A stretch of DNA of 64,000 nucleotides. Source: Candidatus Latescibacterota bacterium. Lineage in GTDB: Bacteria; Latescibacterota; UBA2968; GCA-2709665. The position numbers were made by a program, and so were the translations under genes. The stretch lies in assembly GCA_965219995.1 (NCBI GenBank), contig CBDCOX010000002.1, forward strand, positions 3,392,001 through 3,456,000. Direction: 5' to 3'. The notes under the pieces are model-generated. The model did no database searches, had not been told where the DNA came from, and worked only from the letters and a program-made list of their open reading frames with translations. This document shows positions 10,701 to 20,345 of this stretch, one piece after another; within the stretch, counting starts at the first letter, position 1; each line of letters opens with the position of its first letter.

Positions 10701-13280
10701 CGACAGGGCGCGATTCTGGTCTCGGTGGAACAGGACAGCCGCATCCTGCAGACCCGATGGCACGATCCGGACGGTTTACGGGACGAGTTCCGGGTTTCGG
10801 TGCCCATCTCGCGGGATATGGCGCCCACCGCGTACGTCGGCGTCTCGGTCCTGCAGCCGTACAGCCAGACGATGAACGATCGACCGATCCGCCTGTACGG
10901 CGTCGTTCCGCTCAATGTAGGCGATCCGCATACCCGCCAGGAAATCGCCGTTCGCATGCCGGACGAACTGAGGCCCGAGTCCCCGTTTCAGGTTCAGGTC
11001 GAGACGGGCAACGAAGAGCCGGCGCAGTTCACACTGGCTGTGGTCGACGAGGGATTGCTGGCGCTCACGGGGTATTCCACGCCGGACGCCTGGAAGTCGT
11101 TTTACAGAAAGCGCCGCCTGGGCGTGGTGACCCACGACGTGTATTCCCACGTCATCGGCGCCAACAAAGGCGACGTCTTCAAGACCTTTGCCGTTGGAGG
11201 CGGCTTCGCGAAGGCTTACAGGACTTCCCAGCTGGATACGAAGGGCAGGAAGCGATTCAAGGCGGTATCGCTGTTCAAGGGACCGATCGAAACCGACGGG
11301 CAGGGGCGGGCAACCGTTGAATTCGAAATGCCGGACTACACGGGTTCGGTGCGTGCGATGGTCGTTTCCGCCAGCAGGGGGCGATACGGTCGGGCGGAGA
11401 CATCCGTGCCGGTGAAGTCCGACCTGATGGTGATGCCTACGCTGCCGCGCGTGCTTGGGCCGGAGGATCGAATCACCGTTCCCGTGACCGTTTTCGCGAT
11501 GGCCGACCGTATCGGTCCGACCGTCGTTTCGATGCGGACCGAAGGTCCCGTTTCCATTGTCGGGCCCGCGCGGCAGGAGTTGGCCTTCTCCGCGGCGGGC
11601 GAAAAGGACCTCACGTTTGCTCTGCAGGCGTCGGCGGCCGTGGGACAGGCACGGGTTGTCGTGACCGCGGAGGCGCAGGGGCTTGCGGCGGACCACGAGA
11701 CCGATCTGAAGGTGCGCGCCTCGGCAGCCAGGATCTATTCGGCGGAGGAGCAGAGTGTCCGGCCGGGCGAGAGGGTCCGGTTTGCGGTACCCGACAGAGG
11801 ACTGCCCGGTACCAATCGCGCCATCGTGGCCGTACGCCGCCGCCCCGACCTGGGGATGACCCATCGGCTGCTCGGGCTGATACGCTACCCGTACGGTTGT
11901 ATCGAGCAAACGGTGTCGGCCGCGTTCCCGCTGCTCTATCTGGGAACGCTCCTGGAAGGCGTGACGTTTGCGGGCCCCGCAACGAGCGATATCGACTGGT
12001 ATATCAATCTGGCAATCCGCAGGTTGAGGAACTTCAAACTCGCCTCCGGAGGGTTCACGTACTGGCCCGGCGCATCGTCGGTCTCTACCTGGGGTTCCCT
12101 GTATACGGGGCACTTCCTGATCGAAGCCGGGAAACTGGGATACCACGTTCCTCAGGACCTGATGGCCAACTGGCTGCGTTACGAAAAGTCGCGTGCGCTG
12201 ACCGCTAAAGACAACCTGATGGAACGGGTCTATCGGGTCTATCTCCTGGCGCTTGCCGGCGAATACCGGATCGGCCCGATGAATCTGCTGAAAGAGACCG
12301 GCATCAAGGACATGAACGACACCCAGAAGTGGATGCTGGCCGCGGCCTATCACCTTGCCGGCGTGGAGCGGACCGCCGCGCAGATCCTCATCCCGGCGGG
12401 AAAGCGGGTGGAAGATTACCGCGAATCGGGCGGCACCTACGGCTCGAGCCTGCGGGATATGGCGATCATTCTGAATACGCTGGTTCTTTTCGAACGCTGG
12501 TCGGAGGCGGACGAAGTCGCCAGACAGTTGGGAAAGGCGCTGGGGTCACAGCGCTGGTACAGTACACATACCACCGGGTTTATGCTTCTGGCCATGGGGA
12601 AGTATCTTCGTTCTCTCTCCGGAGAAGGCGATCGCCCGCCCGTGCTCGCTGGCACCCTTTCCCTTGCGGATGGGAAGGAAGTGCCGTTTGAGACGGATCG
12701 GTCCGTCTATCAACTGGAAATCGAAGACGGATTCGGCCAGGAAATCGAGGTCTTTCTGGATTCAACGTCGACCGTCAACAGGGCGTTCGCAACCCTGGAT
12801 TGGGACGGTGTTCCGCTTACCGACGACCAGGGAGATACGTCCGGCAGGCTGAGTCTCGAGGTGGCCTGGCTCAATGAGGCAGGTCTGCCGGTCGAGCCCG
12901 CCGAACTCTCCCAGGGCGAGAACTTCTGGGGTCATTTCCGCGTGCGCAATCTGTCGGCCGTTCGAAAAATCGAAGAGGTGGCGCTGGTCCAGGTCCTTCC
13001 GGCCGGTTGGGAGATCGACAACCCGCGACTGTCCGCCCGGACGGCGCCGGAATGGACGCCCCGCCTGAATCTGAACCAGGAGGAGTATCTGGACGTGCGC
13101 GACGACCGCGTGATGTGGTTCTTCGACTTCGGCAGGCACAGTGAATTGGACTTCGTGGTCCGATTGAACGCGGTTACGGTCGGGTCATTCAGGCTGCCCG
13201 CAACGGTTGCCGAAGCGATGTACGATCGGAACTACCGGGCGACCGCGGCAGGAAGACCGGTCGAGGTCAGGCAAAGATAG
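7749..13280 (+). CDS. Bacterial alpha-2-macroglobulin (MG2 domain lipoprotein)
   Basis: 1843 aa; lipobox LISGC; YTERGVYRPGD; thioester motif YPYGCIEQ; C-terminal AEAMYD; followed by PBP1C. Confidence 0.95.
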   Translation: MTPNRIERCMLFVIGILISGCASKRNETGTITYSRETARLVSHATSDMIRAGDDIRVRFVSPVVSGNQVGQRLEETVFTFVPHIDGNARWADGRTLLFKPDAPLPFRQRYRGTLDLAALFPRRANLRPLEFAFHVAGREIVSLNADFEVIEKDDPRRVVYKGRVVFSEKTPLEQVRQAARLSMYYGRKSLSLAWTADAEGKVFSFVSEPIERSKTTRVLRFNLEKEALAISRDYVEKRRLTPVTEMKIVKVEGRGEGRQPGLAVELTDVPDPRQDLQGLIAVHPPMDVRIRAVGRKIHVSGEFEHGRHYTLTVHPGIRSRWGAATATERTETIQIPDLKPRIRFSEDGMILPTINRQRVRFRTVNVSRVRLGIKQVFDSNLGQFLQTQSLKSGGDRRRDFSSWEVNRVGVGLVDTVLETGTVRNRWLQHELDLNELLDPSEKGPLLISLSFKHIDMLYGAPGEAEEARKQWRWNRGNYDYRSHPFSPGYVRRYGRAFKPVIVSDIGLTYKKAHRQHIVYARNVSNAAPMAGVAVTLRTFQNQVAGRGVTDRHGEAAISGGERDVFYVEAEKDGQKSIIKCNEMAWNLSTFDTGGAAAQPDGVRAFIYTERGVYRPGDEIHLSLIARNSEQTFPENHPVTLKLYNPRNQLVLERTARDGKDGFYVFSFKTEPNDPTGNWRARLEVGSRTFDHTVKVETVAPYRLRVRIEPEKQNLTAEDDELRLGLLSTYLFGNPAVGLDAEVTAELRHSAKQFSGYPEFSFTNEGVTHKPVRTSIFKGRLDTLGRARVRWRLPQLDGTPSAIQVVINATVLERGGRPNRSRESLALDPYGRYVGVRKPQFDYGYARMGSAVEIPVVLVTPEGEAAAGLPLEYRIYRSTAHWWWEYESRDQFRLRFKKDQYTEQIDSGSLFSKTTPVPLVFTPDQRGEYLIEVQDAAGHTAAFFIRAYPWGEAQADPETAGMLALRTDRKSYAPGDSAIVTFPAPRQGAILVSVEQDSRILQTRWHDPDGLRDEFRVSVPISRDMAPTAYVGVSVLQPYSQTMNDRPIRLYGVVPLNVGDPHTRQEIAVRMPDELRPESPFQVQVETGNEEPAQFTLAVVDEGLLALTGYSTPDAWKSFYRKRRLGVVTHDVYSHVIGANKGDVFKTFAVGGGFAKAYRTSQLDTKGRKRFKAVSLFKGPIETDGQGRATVEFEMPDYTGSVRAMVVSASRGRYGRAETSVPVKSDLMVMPTLPRVLGPEDRITVPVTVFAMADRIGPTVVSMRTEGPVSIVGPARQELAFSAAGEKDLTFALQASAAVGQARVVVTAEAQGLAADHETDLKVRASAARIYSAEEQSVRPGERVRFAVPDRGLPGTNRAIVAVRRRPDLGMTHRLLGLIRYPYGCIEQTVSAAFPLLYLGTLLEGVTFAGPATSDIDWYINLAIRRLRNFKLASGGFTYWPGASSVSTWGSLYTGHFLIEAGKLGYHVPQDLMANWLRYEKSRALTAKDNLMERVYRVYLLALAGEYRIGPMNLLKETGIKDMNDTQKWMLAAAYHLAGVERTAAQILIPAGKRVEDYRESGGTYGSSLRDMAIILNTLVLFERWSEADEVARQLGKALGSQRWYSTHTTGFMLLAMGKYLRSLSGEGDRPPVLAGTLSLADGKEVPFETDRSVYQLEIEDGFGQEIEVFLDSTSTVNRAFATLDWDGVPLTDDQGDTSGRLSLEVAWLNEAGLPVEPAELSQGENFWGHFRVRNLSAVRKIEEVALVQVLPAGWEIDNPRLSARTAPEWTPRLNLNQEEYLDVRDDRVMWFFDFGRHSELDFVVRLNAVTVGSFRLPATVAEAMYDRNYRATAAGRPVEVRQR

Positions 13281-13367
13281 AACGCCACCGGGCCGTCGTC
13301 ATTCCGGCTGCCGGCAGCGACGACGTGGCGATTCGGGAAACGACGGTCGGTTGCGGAGGCTGAGATT

Positions 13368-15749
13368 ATGGTTTCGCTGAGAGAGCGGACGGTGAAGGGA
13401 GGATGGCGCCGCGGGGCCCTTCGTGCGCTTGGAAGACGCGGGAGGGCGGGGCTCCTTCTTACGCTCCTTCTCTTCCCCGTGGCGGTCTACGTATCGACTC
13501 CCCTGCCGGATCCGCTATTCGATCCCGATTACAGTACGGTTGTGCTGGACGAGCGGGGACGGATCCTGCGGATGTTCCTGAATGGCGATGAGCAGTGGCG
13601 TTTCCCGCACCGGGCGAGTGCCGATGTTCCTCACGCGCTCGAAGCCGCGGTTCTCTGTTTCGAGGACCGTCGCTTTTACGGGCATCCCGGCGTGGACCCG
13701 CTGGCGCTGCTTCGCGCCGTTTATCAGAATGTCCGTGCCGGAGAGGTCGTTAGCGGCGCGAGCACGCTGACGATGCAGGTTGCGCGGATGACGTCGCCGA
13801 AGAAGAGGACCTATATCAATAAAGCCCTGGAGATGCTCCAGGCATTGAAAATCGAACTTCATTACGACAAGAAGCAGATCCTGAACCTCTACCTGGACCA
13901 CGCGCCATACGGCGGAAATGTCGTGGGCTACCGTGCGGCCGCGCACCGGTATTTCGGCAAGTCGGCTGAGCGGCTGACCTGGGGAGAGGCCGCCACGCTG
14001 GCGGTCCTTCCGAATGCGCCCGGGCTGATATCGCCTCTTGCCGACCCGGACAAACTGCGGGTCAGGCGAGACCGGCTTCTGAGCCGGCTGCGGAACGAAG
14101 GGGCGATAGACGCCGAGACCTTTGGTCTGGCGAGGCTGGAAGCGGTCCCGGACGGCGCCATGCCGTTGCCGATGGACGCGCCGCATCTGTCGCGGCGGCT
14201 GGCGTCGCGGCACCGGAGTACGTATCTGAGGACCACGCTAAGACGGGACATTCAGAAACAGAGCGCAAAACTCGTCAATCGACACGCTGCCTTCATGCGG
14301 CGTCTGGGGGTCCGGAACGGCGCGGCCCTGGTGGTCGAAACACGAACGGGAGAGGTGCGCGCGTACGTCGGATCCCAGGGGTTCTTCGACGCCCGGAACC
14401 AGGGCCAGGTGGACGGCGTTGCGGCCGCACGGTCGTCCGGGTCTCTTCTCAAACCGTTTCTGTTCGCCCTGGGCATCGACGAGGGCCTCCTGTTGCCCCG
14501 GACGCGGGTCCGGGACCTGCCCACGCACTACGGCGCTTTCTCCCCGGGGAACGCGGATGGGACCTATGCCGGTCTGGTTGCGGCCAAAGAAGCGCTGGTT
14601 CGTTCCCTGAACGTGCCGGCGGTCCGGCTGCTGGATACGTACGGGATGGACCCGTTCTACCGGTTCTTGAAATCCGCCGGCCTGACGACGCTCGTCCGGT
14701 CTTCCGGCGATTACGGGCTGCCGATGATTCTCGGAGGCGTCGAAGTCAGCCTGTGGGACATGGCGCAATGCTACCGCGCGCTGGCCAACGGCGGGCGCTT
14801 CGGTCCCCTCAGTGTCCTGGCAGGGACGCCCGATCCGGCAGGTCCCTCGCTCATCAGTCCCGGCGCCTGTTATCTGACACTCAACGTGCTTCGGGATCTC
14901 AAGCGCCCCGGCGTGGAATACTACTGGCATCAGTTCCAGAACCAATGGCCGATCGCCTGGAAGACGGGTACCAGCTACGGAAAGCGGGACGCCTGGGCCG
15001 TCGGCGTCAGCCCGGAGTGGACGGTTGCGGTCTGGATCGGTAATTTCGGCGGTCGAGGAAACGCGGACCTCACGGGCGCGAGTTCGGCCGCACCCCTCCT
15101 GTTCGATCTGTTCAACACGCTGCCGAAGCGACGGGAGCACGCCTGGTTCGAAACGCCGGATTCCGGCCTGCGTCCGCTTCAGCTTTGCGCGGAAACCGGA
15201 TTCCGGGCGGGTCCGGACTGCGAGCGTCCGGTACCCGTTCAGGCGCCGCAACATATGAAACCCCTCCGAACCTGTCCCTACCACCGGACCTTCCAGGTGA
15301 CGATGGACGAAGCCCATCGCGTGTGTTCGCTCTGCTGGCAACCCGCGGCCCGTCGTTCCGTAAAGCGGCTTGTCTTTCCGGCAGACGTCGCGCAAGTCTT
15401 GCGCGAACAAGGACATGTTCCGGGCACGGTTCCCCCGCACAGTCCGGAATGCCCGGCCGCGACCGAGCCCCTGCCATTGAAAATCATCTACCCGCAACAG
15501 AACGCCAGGCTGTGGCTTCCCAGGGACTTCGGCGGCGCGCTGCAGAAGATCGCGATGCGGGTGGCTCACCGGGAGACGAATCGCATTCTGTACTGGTACC
15601 TGGACGACCGGTATCTGGGGAGCAGCCGCGGACGGCACGTCAAAGCCGCGGAACTCTCGAAAGGATGGCACACGCTGGACGTGGTGGACGAGATCGGCAA
15701 CCGGGATCGAAAGCGATTCTTCGTCGACATGAGACACAACGGCGGATGA
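13368..15749 (+). CDS. pbpC: Penicillin-binding protein 1C
   Basis: Transglycosylase EDRRFYGHPGVD and GASTLTMQVAR; transpeptidase SLLK, SLN, KTGTS; adjacent to alpha-2-macroglobulin. Confidence 0.93.
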   Translation: MVSLRERTVKGGWRRGALRALGRRGRAGLLLTLLLFPVAVYVSTPLPDPLFDPDYSTVVLDERGRILRMFLNGDEQWRFPHRASADVPHALEAAVLCFEDRRFYGHPGVDPLALLRAVYQNVRAGEVVSGASTLTMQVARMTSPKKRTYINKALEMLQALKIELHYDKKQILNLYLDHAPYGGNVVGYRAAAHRYFGKSAERLTWGEAATLAVLPNAPGLISPLADPDKLRVRRDRLLSRLRNEGAIDAETFGLARLEAVPDGAMPLPMDAPHLSRRLASRHRSTYLRTTLRRDIQKQSAKLVNRHAAFMRRLGVRNGAALVVETRTGEVRAYVGSQGFFDARNQGQVDGVAAARSSGSLLKPFLFALGIDEGLLLPRTRVRDLPTHYGAFSPGNADGTYAGLVAAKEALVRSLNVPAVRLLDTYGMDPFYRFLKSAGLTTLVRSSGDYGLPMILGGVEVSLWDMAQCYRALANGGRFGPLSVLAGTPDPAGPSLISPGACYLTLNVLRDLKRPGVEYYWHQFQNQWPIAWKTGTSYGKRDAWAVGVSPEWTVAVWIGNFGGRGNADLTGASSAAPLLFDLFNTLPKRREHAWFETPDSGLRPLQLCAETGFRAGPDCERPVPVQAPQHMKPLRTCPYHRTFQVTMDEAHRVCSLCWQPAARRSVKRLVFPADVAQVLREQGHVPGTVPPHSPECPAATEPLPLKIIYPQQNARLWLPRDFGGALQKIAMRVAHRETNRILYWYLDDRYLGSSRGRHVKAAELSKGWHTLDVVDEIGNRDRKRFFVDMRHNGG

Positions 15750-15976
15750 CGACACTGCGTTTCAGTGACACGTCCCGGCATGTGCGTTTCTCCGCAACGC
15801 GTGAAATTGCGACACGGGACTTGAAAACCGGGTCCTTCTTTGCTATCTTGGGACACGGCGAGATGGAACTGGTCCGACGTATGAAACAGAGGCGGCCCCC
15901 TCCCCCGAACCTGTCGTTTCTCGCCCCGGGGCGAATAGAGGGGACGACTGCAGACCGCCGATCGCCGGTTTAAATT

Positions 15977-16957
15977 ATGGACATGAAGAGCGACCCACCG
16001 GCCCAACCCGGTACGCCAACGCGCGGAACCGTTGATGTTTCCATCGTGATTCCGCTACTGAACGAAGCGGACAGCCTTCGGCCGCTGATGGAACAGATCC
16101 GGAAGACACTGGCCGAAACCGGGCTCCGTTTCGAAGTGATTTTCATAGACGATGGCAGTACCGATGGCTCGATCACGGTTCTGGAGGAACTCCACGGCGT
16201 CCGCGACGAAGTCACGGTCATTCAGTTCCGCCGCAACTTCGGCAAAGCCGCGGCGTACGCCGCGGGATTCGACGTGGCGGCGGGCCGGACGATCATCACC
16301 ATGGATGCCGACCTCCAGGACGATCCGGCGGAAATCCCGCGCCTGATCGAACAAATCGACAGCGGTCTCGACCTGGTTTCCGGTTGGAAGAAGAAGCGCT
16401 TCGATCCCCTCAGCAAGACCATCCCGTCCAGGTTCTTCAACTGGGTCACCGGCCGGATTTCGGGCATTCCGATTCACGATTTCAACTGCGGCCTTAAAGC
16501 GTTCCGCCGCGAGGTGGTGGGCGACATCAAGATATACGGCGAACTCCATCGATACATTCCGGTCCTTGCCCACATGGAAGGCTACCGCATTGGAGAAATC
16601 GTCGTACAGCACCGCCCTCGCCGCTTCGGCGTCACCAAATACGGGTGGACGCGTCTGCTGAAGGGCTTCTTCGATCTGCTTACCGTCATGTACCTGGGGC
16701 GGTACATCGGACGTCCGTTACACCTGTTCGGCACGATAGGCGTCATTCTGAGCGCGTTGGGCGTTGCGATCAACGCCTTTATCGCATTTCTGTGGTTCAG
16801 CACGGGAACCATTCAGAACCGCCACCCGCTTCTTTTCCTTGGCATCCTGCTTTCCGTGCTGGGCGTGCAGTTCGTTTGTACCGGCCTCCTGGCCGATATG
16901 ATTACGCGGCAGACGCTTCTCCACGAGAAATACAACATCCGAAGAATCCTCGAATAG
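15977..16957 (+). CDS. Glycosyltransferase family 2 (polyprenyl-phosphate sugar transferase, ArnC/DPM1-like)
   Basis: SIVIPLLNEADSL, DDGSTDG, RNFGKAAA, MDADLQDDP, HDFNCGLKAFRR and two C-terminal TM helices. Confidence 0.92.
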   Translation: MDMKSDPPAQPGTPTRGTVDVSIVIPLLNEADSLRPLMEQIRKTLAETGLRFEVIFIDDGSTDGSITVLEELHGVRDEVTVIQFRRNFGKAAAYAAGFDVAAGRTIITMDADLQDDPAEIPRLIEQIDSGLDLVSGWKKKRFDPLSKTIPSRFFNWVTGRISGIPIHDFNCGLKAFRREVVGDIKIYGELHRYIPVLAHMEGYRIGEIVVQHRPRRFGVTKYGWTRLLKGFFDLLTVMYLGRYIGRPLHLFGTIGVILSALGVAINAFIAFLWFSTGTIQNRHPLLFLGILLSVLGVQFVCTGLLADMITRQTLLHEKYNIRRILE

Positions 16958-17001
16958 CGCCGCCGTTCGCGCCGGGAACCTCGAGGCAGGGAGACACGCA
17001 C

Positions 17002-17038
17002 AAAAAAGCGACAGACCATAAGACATGGTCTGTCGCTT
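17002..17038 (-). terminator. Rho-independent terminator (minus strand)
   Basis: 14-bp perfect stem AAGCGACAGACCAT/ATGGTCTGTCGCTT with a T-run on the minus strand. Confidence 0.8.
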
Positions 17039-17084
17039 ACCGGCACAAACGAAGTCGCTATGTAACCGGTGTTGGAGCGGTGGC

Positions 17085-17255
17085 TCAAAAGGCCATCGGC
17101 ATTCCGTGGACCTGCGGGCGGCCCAATACCGCCTGATCGTGCCGGCGTACCACGCGCCTGAGCTGCTCGGAGCGCGTCTCGTTTCCCTTGATCGCATAGT
17201 AAAGCGCCAGAAACGCCAGGCGGTCGCGTGGATTCAGTGCTGTTTTGAGAGCCAT
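17085..17255 (-). CDS. Putative 56-aa small protein of unknown function
   Basis: MALKTALNPRDRLAFLALYYAIKGNETRSEQLRRVVRRHDQAVLGRPQVHGMPMAF; GAGG upstream; bracketed by a sigma54-like promoter and a terminator. Confidence 0.55.
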   Translation of the reverse strand: MALKTALNPRDRLAFLALYYAIKGNETRSEQLRRVVRRHDQAVLGRPQVHGMPMAF

Positions 17256-17320
17256 TTTGGGGCCTCGTTCGTTAAGGGTGACAGAAAGAAAACAGGTTTG
17301 ATGAACGCACTCTGATGTAT

Positions 17321-17337
17321 AGCGAATATCGTGCCAA
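17321..17337 (-). promoter_or_regulatory. Candidate sigma54 (-24/-12) promoter
   Basis: Minus strand TTGGCACGATATTCGCT = GG-N10-GC with a perfect TGGCACG. Confidence 0.65.
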
Positions 17338-17583
17338 AAATGCGAATCAGGCGCTTTGTTTTCCATTTCTTGAGCGTTTGCGGGCATTTTTCGGGCATCG
17401 GCTGAAAGCAGGACGCGGTCACGTGCAGCACAATGTGTTCAATTCCACCACACAGTGTGAAAAATCCGGTGAAATTCGCCCGCTCGCCGGACGGGGTCAG
17501 GTGAACCCTGACCATCCGTTCCGGCGGCACGATCTCACCGGACCCATTCCGTTGCTCTATTAAAGGCGGGAGGCGGTATCCAT

Positions 17584-18870
17584 ATGCTGGATCTGAACCG
17601 GATTCGAGAGGATCCCGATGGCGTCAGGCAGGCGCTGTTGAAACGCATGGACGCGGTGGATTTTGCGGACTTGCTCCATTGGGACCGGGACCGGAGAGCC
17701 CTTATCTCCAGAATCGGGGGCCTTCGCGAACGTCGAAACAAGGTCTCCGCGCAGATCCCGCAGATGAAAAAAGCGGGCCGGGACACGACCGATGTCCAGC
17801 ATGAAATGAAGGCGGTTTCCGGAAATATCAGGACACTTGAGGCGGAACTGTCCGAATTCGAACGCCGTATCCGAAGCTTTCTGGAGGAACTGCCCAATAC
17901 TCCTGCAAACGACGTGCCCCCGGGAGGGAAGGAGAACAACGAGGTCGTTCGTACCTGGGGTGAAATGCCGGAGTTGGCGGAAGGGGCCAAAGACCACGTC
18001 GACCTTGTAACCGCGCTGGGGCTGATCGACTACGAGCGGGGCGTGAAGATGGGAGGCGCCGGCTTCTGGCTCTACCGGGGCGACGGCGCCCGCCTGGAAT
18101 GGGCGCTCCTGAACTACTTCGTCGAAGCGCACCTTCGCGACGGCTACGAATTCGTGCTGCCGCCGCACCTGCTCACCTACGACTGCGGTTACACGGCCGG
18201 GCAGTTTCCCAAGTTCGCTGACGACGTGTTTCACCTGAAGTGGGAAAGCGAAAAGGAGTCGCGGTTCCTTTTGCCAACCTCCGAGACCGCCCTTATCAAC
18301 TTCCATCGGGACGAAATTCTACCGGAAGCGGACCTGCCCCGGAGGTACTTTTCCTATACGCCCTGCTACCGGAGAGAGGCCGGCAGCTATCGGGCCCAGG
18401 AACGCGGCATGATTCGAGGACACCAGTTCAACAAGGTCGAGATTTTCCAGTTCACGCGCCCCGAAGACTCCGACCGGGCCCTGGAAGAGCTGATTGCCAA
18501 AGCCGAAGGCCTGGTTCAGGGTCTGGAGTTGCACCACCGCGTTTCCAAGCTGGCAGCCCAGGATGCCAGTGCGGCGATGGCCAAAACCTACGACATCGAG
18601 ATCTGGATTCCGAGCATGGGAGAATACAAGGAGGTCAGTTCGGCATCCAACGCGAGCGACTACCAGGCCCGGCGCGGGCGCATCCGGTTCAAACGCGCCG
18701 AGACCGGGCGGAATGAATTCGTGCACACGCTCAACGCCTCAGGCCTGGCGACCAGCCGCCTGATACCGGCCATTGTCGAGCAGACCCAGCGACCGGACGG
18801 ATCGGCAGTCATTCCGGGAGTCCTTCGTCCGTACATGGGCGGGCAGGAAGTCCTGGAACCCGCCGCCTGA
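17584..18870 (+). CDS. serS: Serine--tRNA ligase
   Basis: MLDL..IRE N-terminal coiled coil, LLPTSE, YRREAG, RGHQFNKVE, YKEVSSASN, HTLNASGLA. Confidence 0.97.
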   Translation: MLDLNRIREDPDGVRQALLKRMDAVDFADLLHWDRDRRALISRIGGLRERRNKVSAQIPQMKKAGRDTTDVQHEMKAVSGNIRTLEAELSEFERRIRSFLEELPNTPANDVPPGGKENNEVVRTWGEMPELAEGAKDHVDLVTALGLIDYERGVKMGGAGFWLYRGDGARLEWALLNYFVEAHLRDGYEFVLPPHLLTYDCGYTAGQFPKFADDVFHLKWESEKESRFLLPTSETALINFHRDEILPEADLPRRYFSYTPCYRREAGSYRAQERGMIRGHQFNKVEIFQFTRPEDSDRALEELIAKAEGLVQGLELHHRVSKLAAQDASAAMAKTYDIEIWIPSMGEYKEVSSASNASDYQARRGRIRFKRAETGRNEFVHTLNASGLATSRLIPAIVEQTQRPDGSAVIPGVLRPYMGGQEVLEPAA

Positions 18871-18889
18871 AACGCGAATCCGCCGGGCG

Positions 18890-20284
18890 CTACAGGCCAA
18901 GAATCCGGTCCGCGGTCTGTAGTGCCTGTTTGACGCAGTCGGGCACGGAAGATCCCCGGTATGCACTGCCGGTGAGGTACAGGCCCGGTTGTTCCGCCAG
19001 GAGCGATTCCAACTTCGCAACCCGGTCCAGGTGTCCCACGTCGAACTGGGGCCTTCCCTTCCGCCAGCGGTGAATCCGGGAAAACAACGGCTCCGCGGTC
19101 AGGCCCATCAGGCGCGCAAGATCTTCTCGGACGGCGTGGACGAGCATTTCGTCTGGCATTTCAAGCACGTCTTCCTGCGCGTCCCTGCCGACAAATCCCC
19201 TGAGCAACACCCCGTCGTCCGGCGCCCGGTGGTCCAGCTTGGACGACACCCACGTGCAACCCGTGATCCGGCGGCCCTCCGATCGCGGAACCAGGAATCC
19301 GAACCCGTCGAGGTCATGCTGATCGAGAACGTCGGCCTTCCGGTAGGCCAGCGCCACGGTCCCCGTCGATGCGTACCGGACCTGTCGGAGTTCGGTCGAC
19401 AGCGATGGCGCGAACCCGTCCAGCAGACCGGCCGCTGCAAACGCCGGCGCGGCCAGTACCACGGCATCGGATTGCAGAGAGTCCCCGCCAAGCGACACCT
19501 CATATCCATGCTTGCGCCTCGCCAGGCCCGTTACCCGGCAGTTTGTGCGCAGATCGCCGCGGAGCCGGTCCAAGATCGTCTCAACGAGTTCTCCCAGACC
19601 TCCGATCAGGGTCTGAAACATCGGCTGAGACGGTCCGCTGTCTCTTGAAGACGAATGGTGTTTCCGCGCGGCGCGCACGGCCCTGATCAGGCTGCCGTAT
19701 TTGCGCTCCATGTCCGCGAACTGAGGAAAGGTTGCCAGCAGGCTCAGCTTTTCCGGATCCGCACCGTGGATGCCCGCCAGCATGGGCCCCCCGATCTTAT
19801 CCAGGGCCTCCTGCCCCAGGCGCCGCCGGACAAACGACGCCAGGCTTTCGTCGTCCGCGGCCCTGCGGGGCGGGACAAAACGCTCCAGCCCCATCCGCAG
19901 CTTGCCGCGAATGGAGAAAAGCGGGGAGCGGGCAATGGGCAGGAAACGCGACGGTACCAGGGTGAAGTCTTCGGGAAAAGGCACCAATTCGTCCGCCTGC
20001 GCCAGGAAGGTCTTCCGGCGTTCCTCGTTCGGCGCAATCAGCCGGTCCTCCAGCCCCAAGTCCAGACAGAGCCCGACGCCCCACGGCTTCCGCGTCAAAA
20101 GCAAATCGGGTCCACCCTCTATGGTGAACAAGTTGATCCGCTCGGTCAGGATTTCCCCGCCCCATCGCCCCGAGGCCTCAACAAGCGTGTAATCGACCTC
20201 CTTGCCGCGGGCTTCGGCCTTTTCCTGGAGATAGTAGGCCGTTGCCAGCCCGGCGATACCTCCGCCAGCGATGGTCACATGCAT
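18890..20284 (-). CDS. hemY: Proto/coproporphyrinogen oxidase (HemY type)
   Basis: GGGIAGL FAD motif, [26 protein letters not shown]; in an operon with hemE and hemH. Confidence 0.92.
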   Translation of the reverse strand: MHVTIAGGGIAGLATAYYLQEKAEARGKEVDYTLVEASGRWGGEILTERINLFTIEGGPDLLLTRKPWGVGLCLDLGLEDRLIAPNEERRKTFLAQADELVPFPEDFTLVPSRFLPIARSPLFSIRGKLRMGLERFVPPRRAADDESLASFVRRRLGQEALDKIGGPMLAGIHGADPEKLSLLATFPQFADMERKYGSLIRAVRAARKHHSSSRDSGPSQPMFQTLIGGLGELVETILDRLRGDLRTNCRVTGLARRKHGYEVSLGGDSLQSDAVVLAAPAFAAAGLLDGFAPSLSTELRQVRYASTGTVALAYRKADVLDQHDLDGFGFLVPRSEGRRITGCTWVSSKLDHRAPDDGVLLRGFVGRDAQEDVLEMPDEMLVHAVREDLARLMGLTAEPLFSRIHRWRKGRPQFDVGHLDRVAKLESLLAEQPGLYLTGSAYRGSSVPDCVKQALQTADRILGL

Positions 20285-20345
20285 TTCGGCACCTCAACAC
20301 GGCATCGGGAATCGGTACGCGGACCGGAGGCGTCCGGATTCAGGG

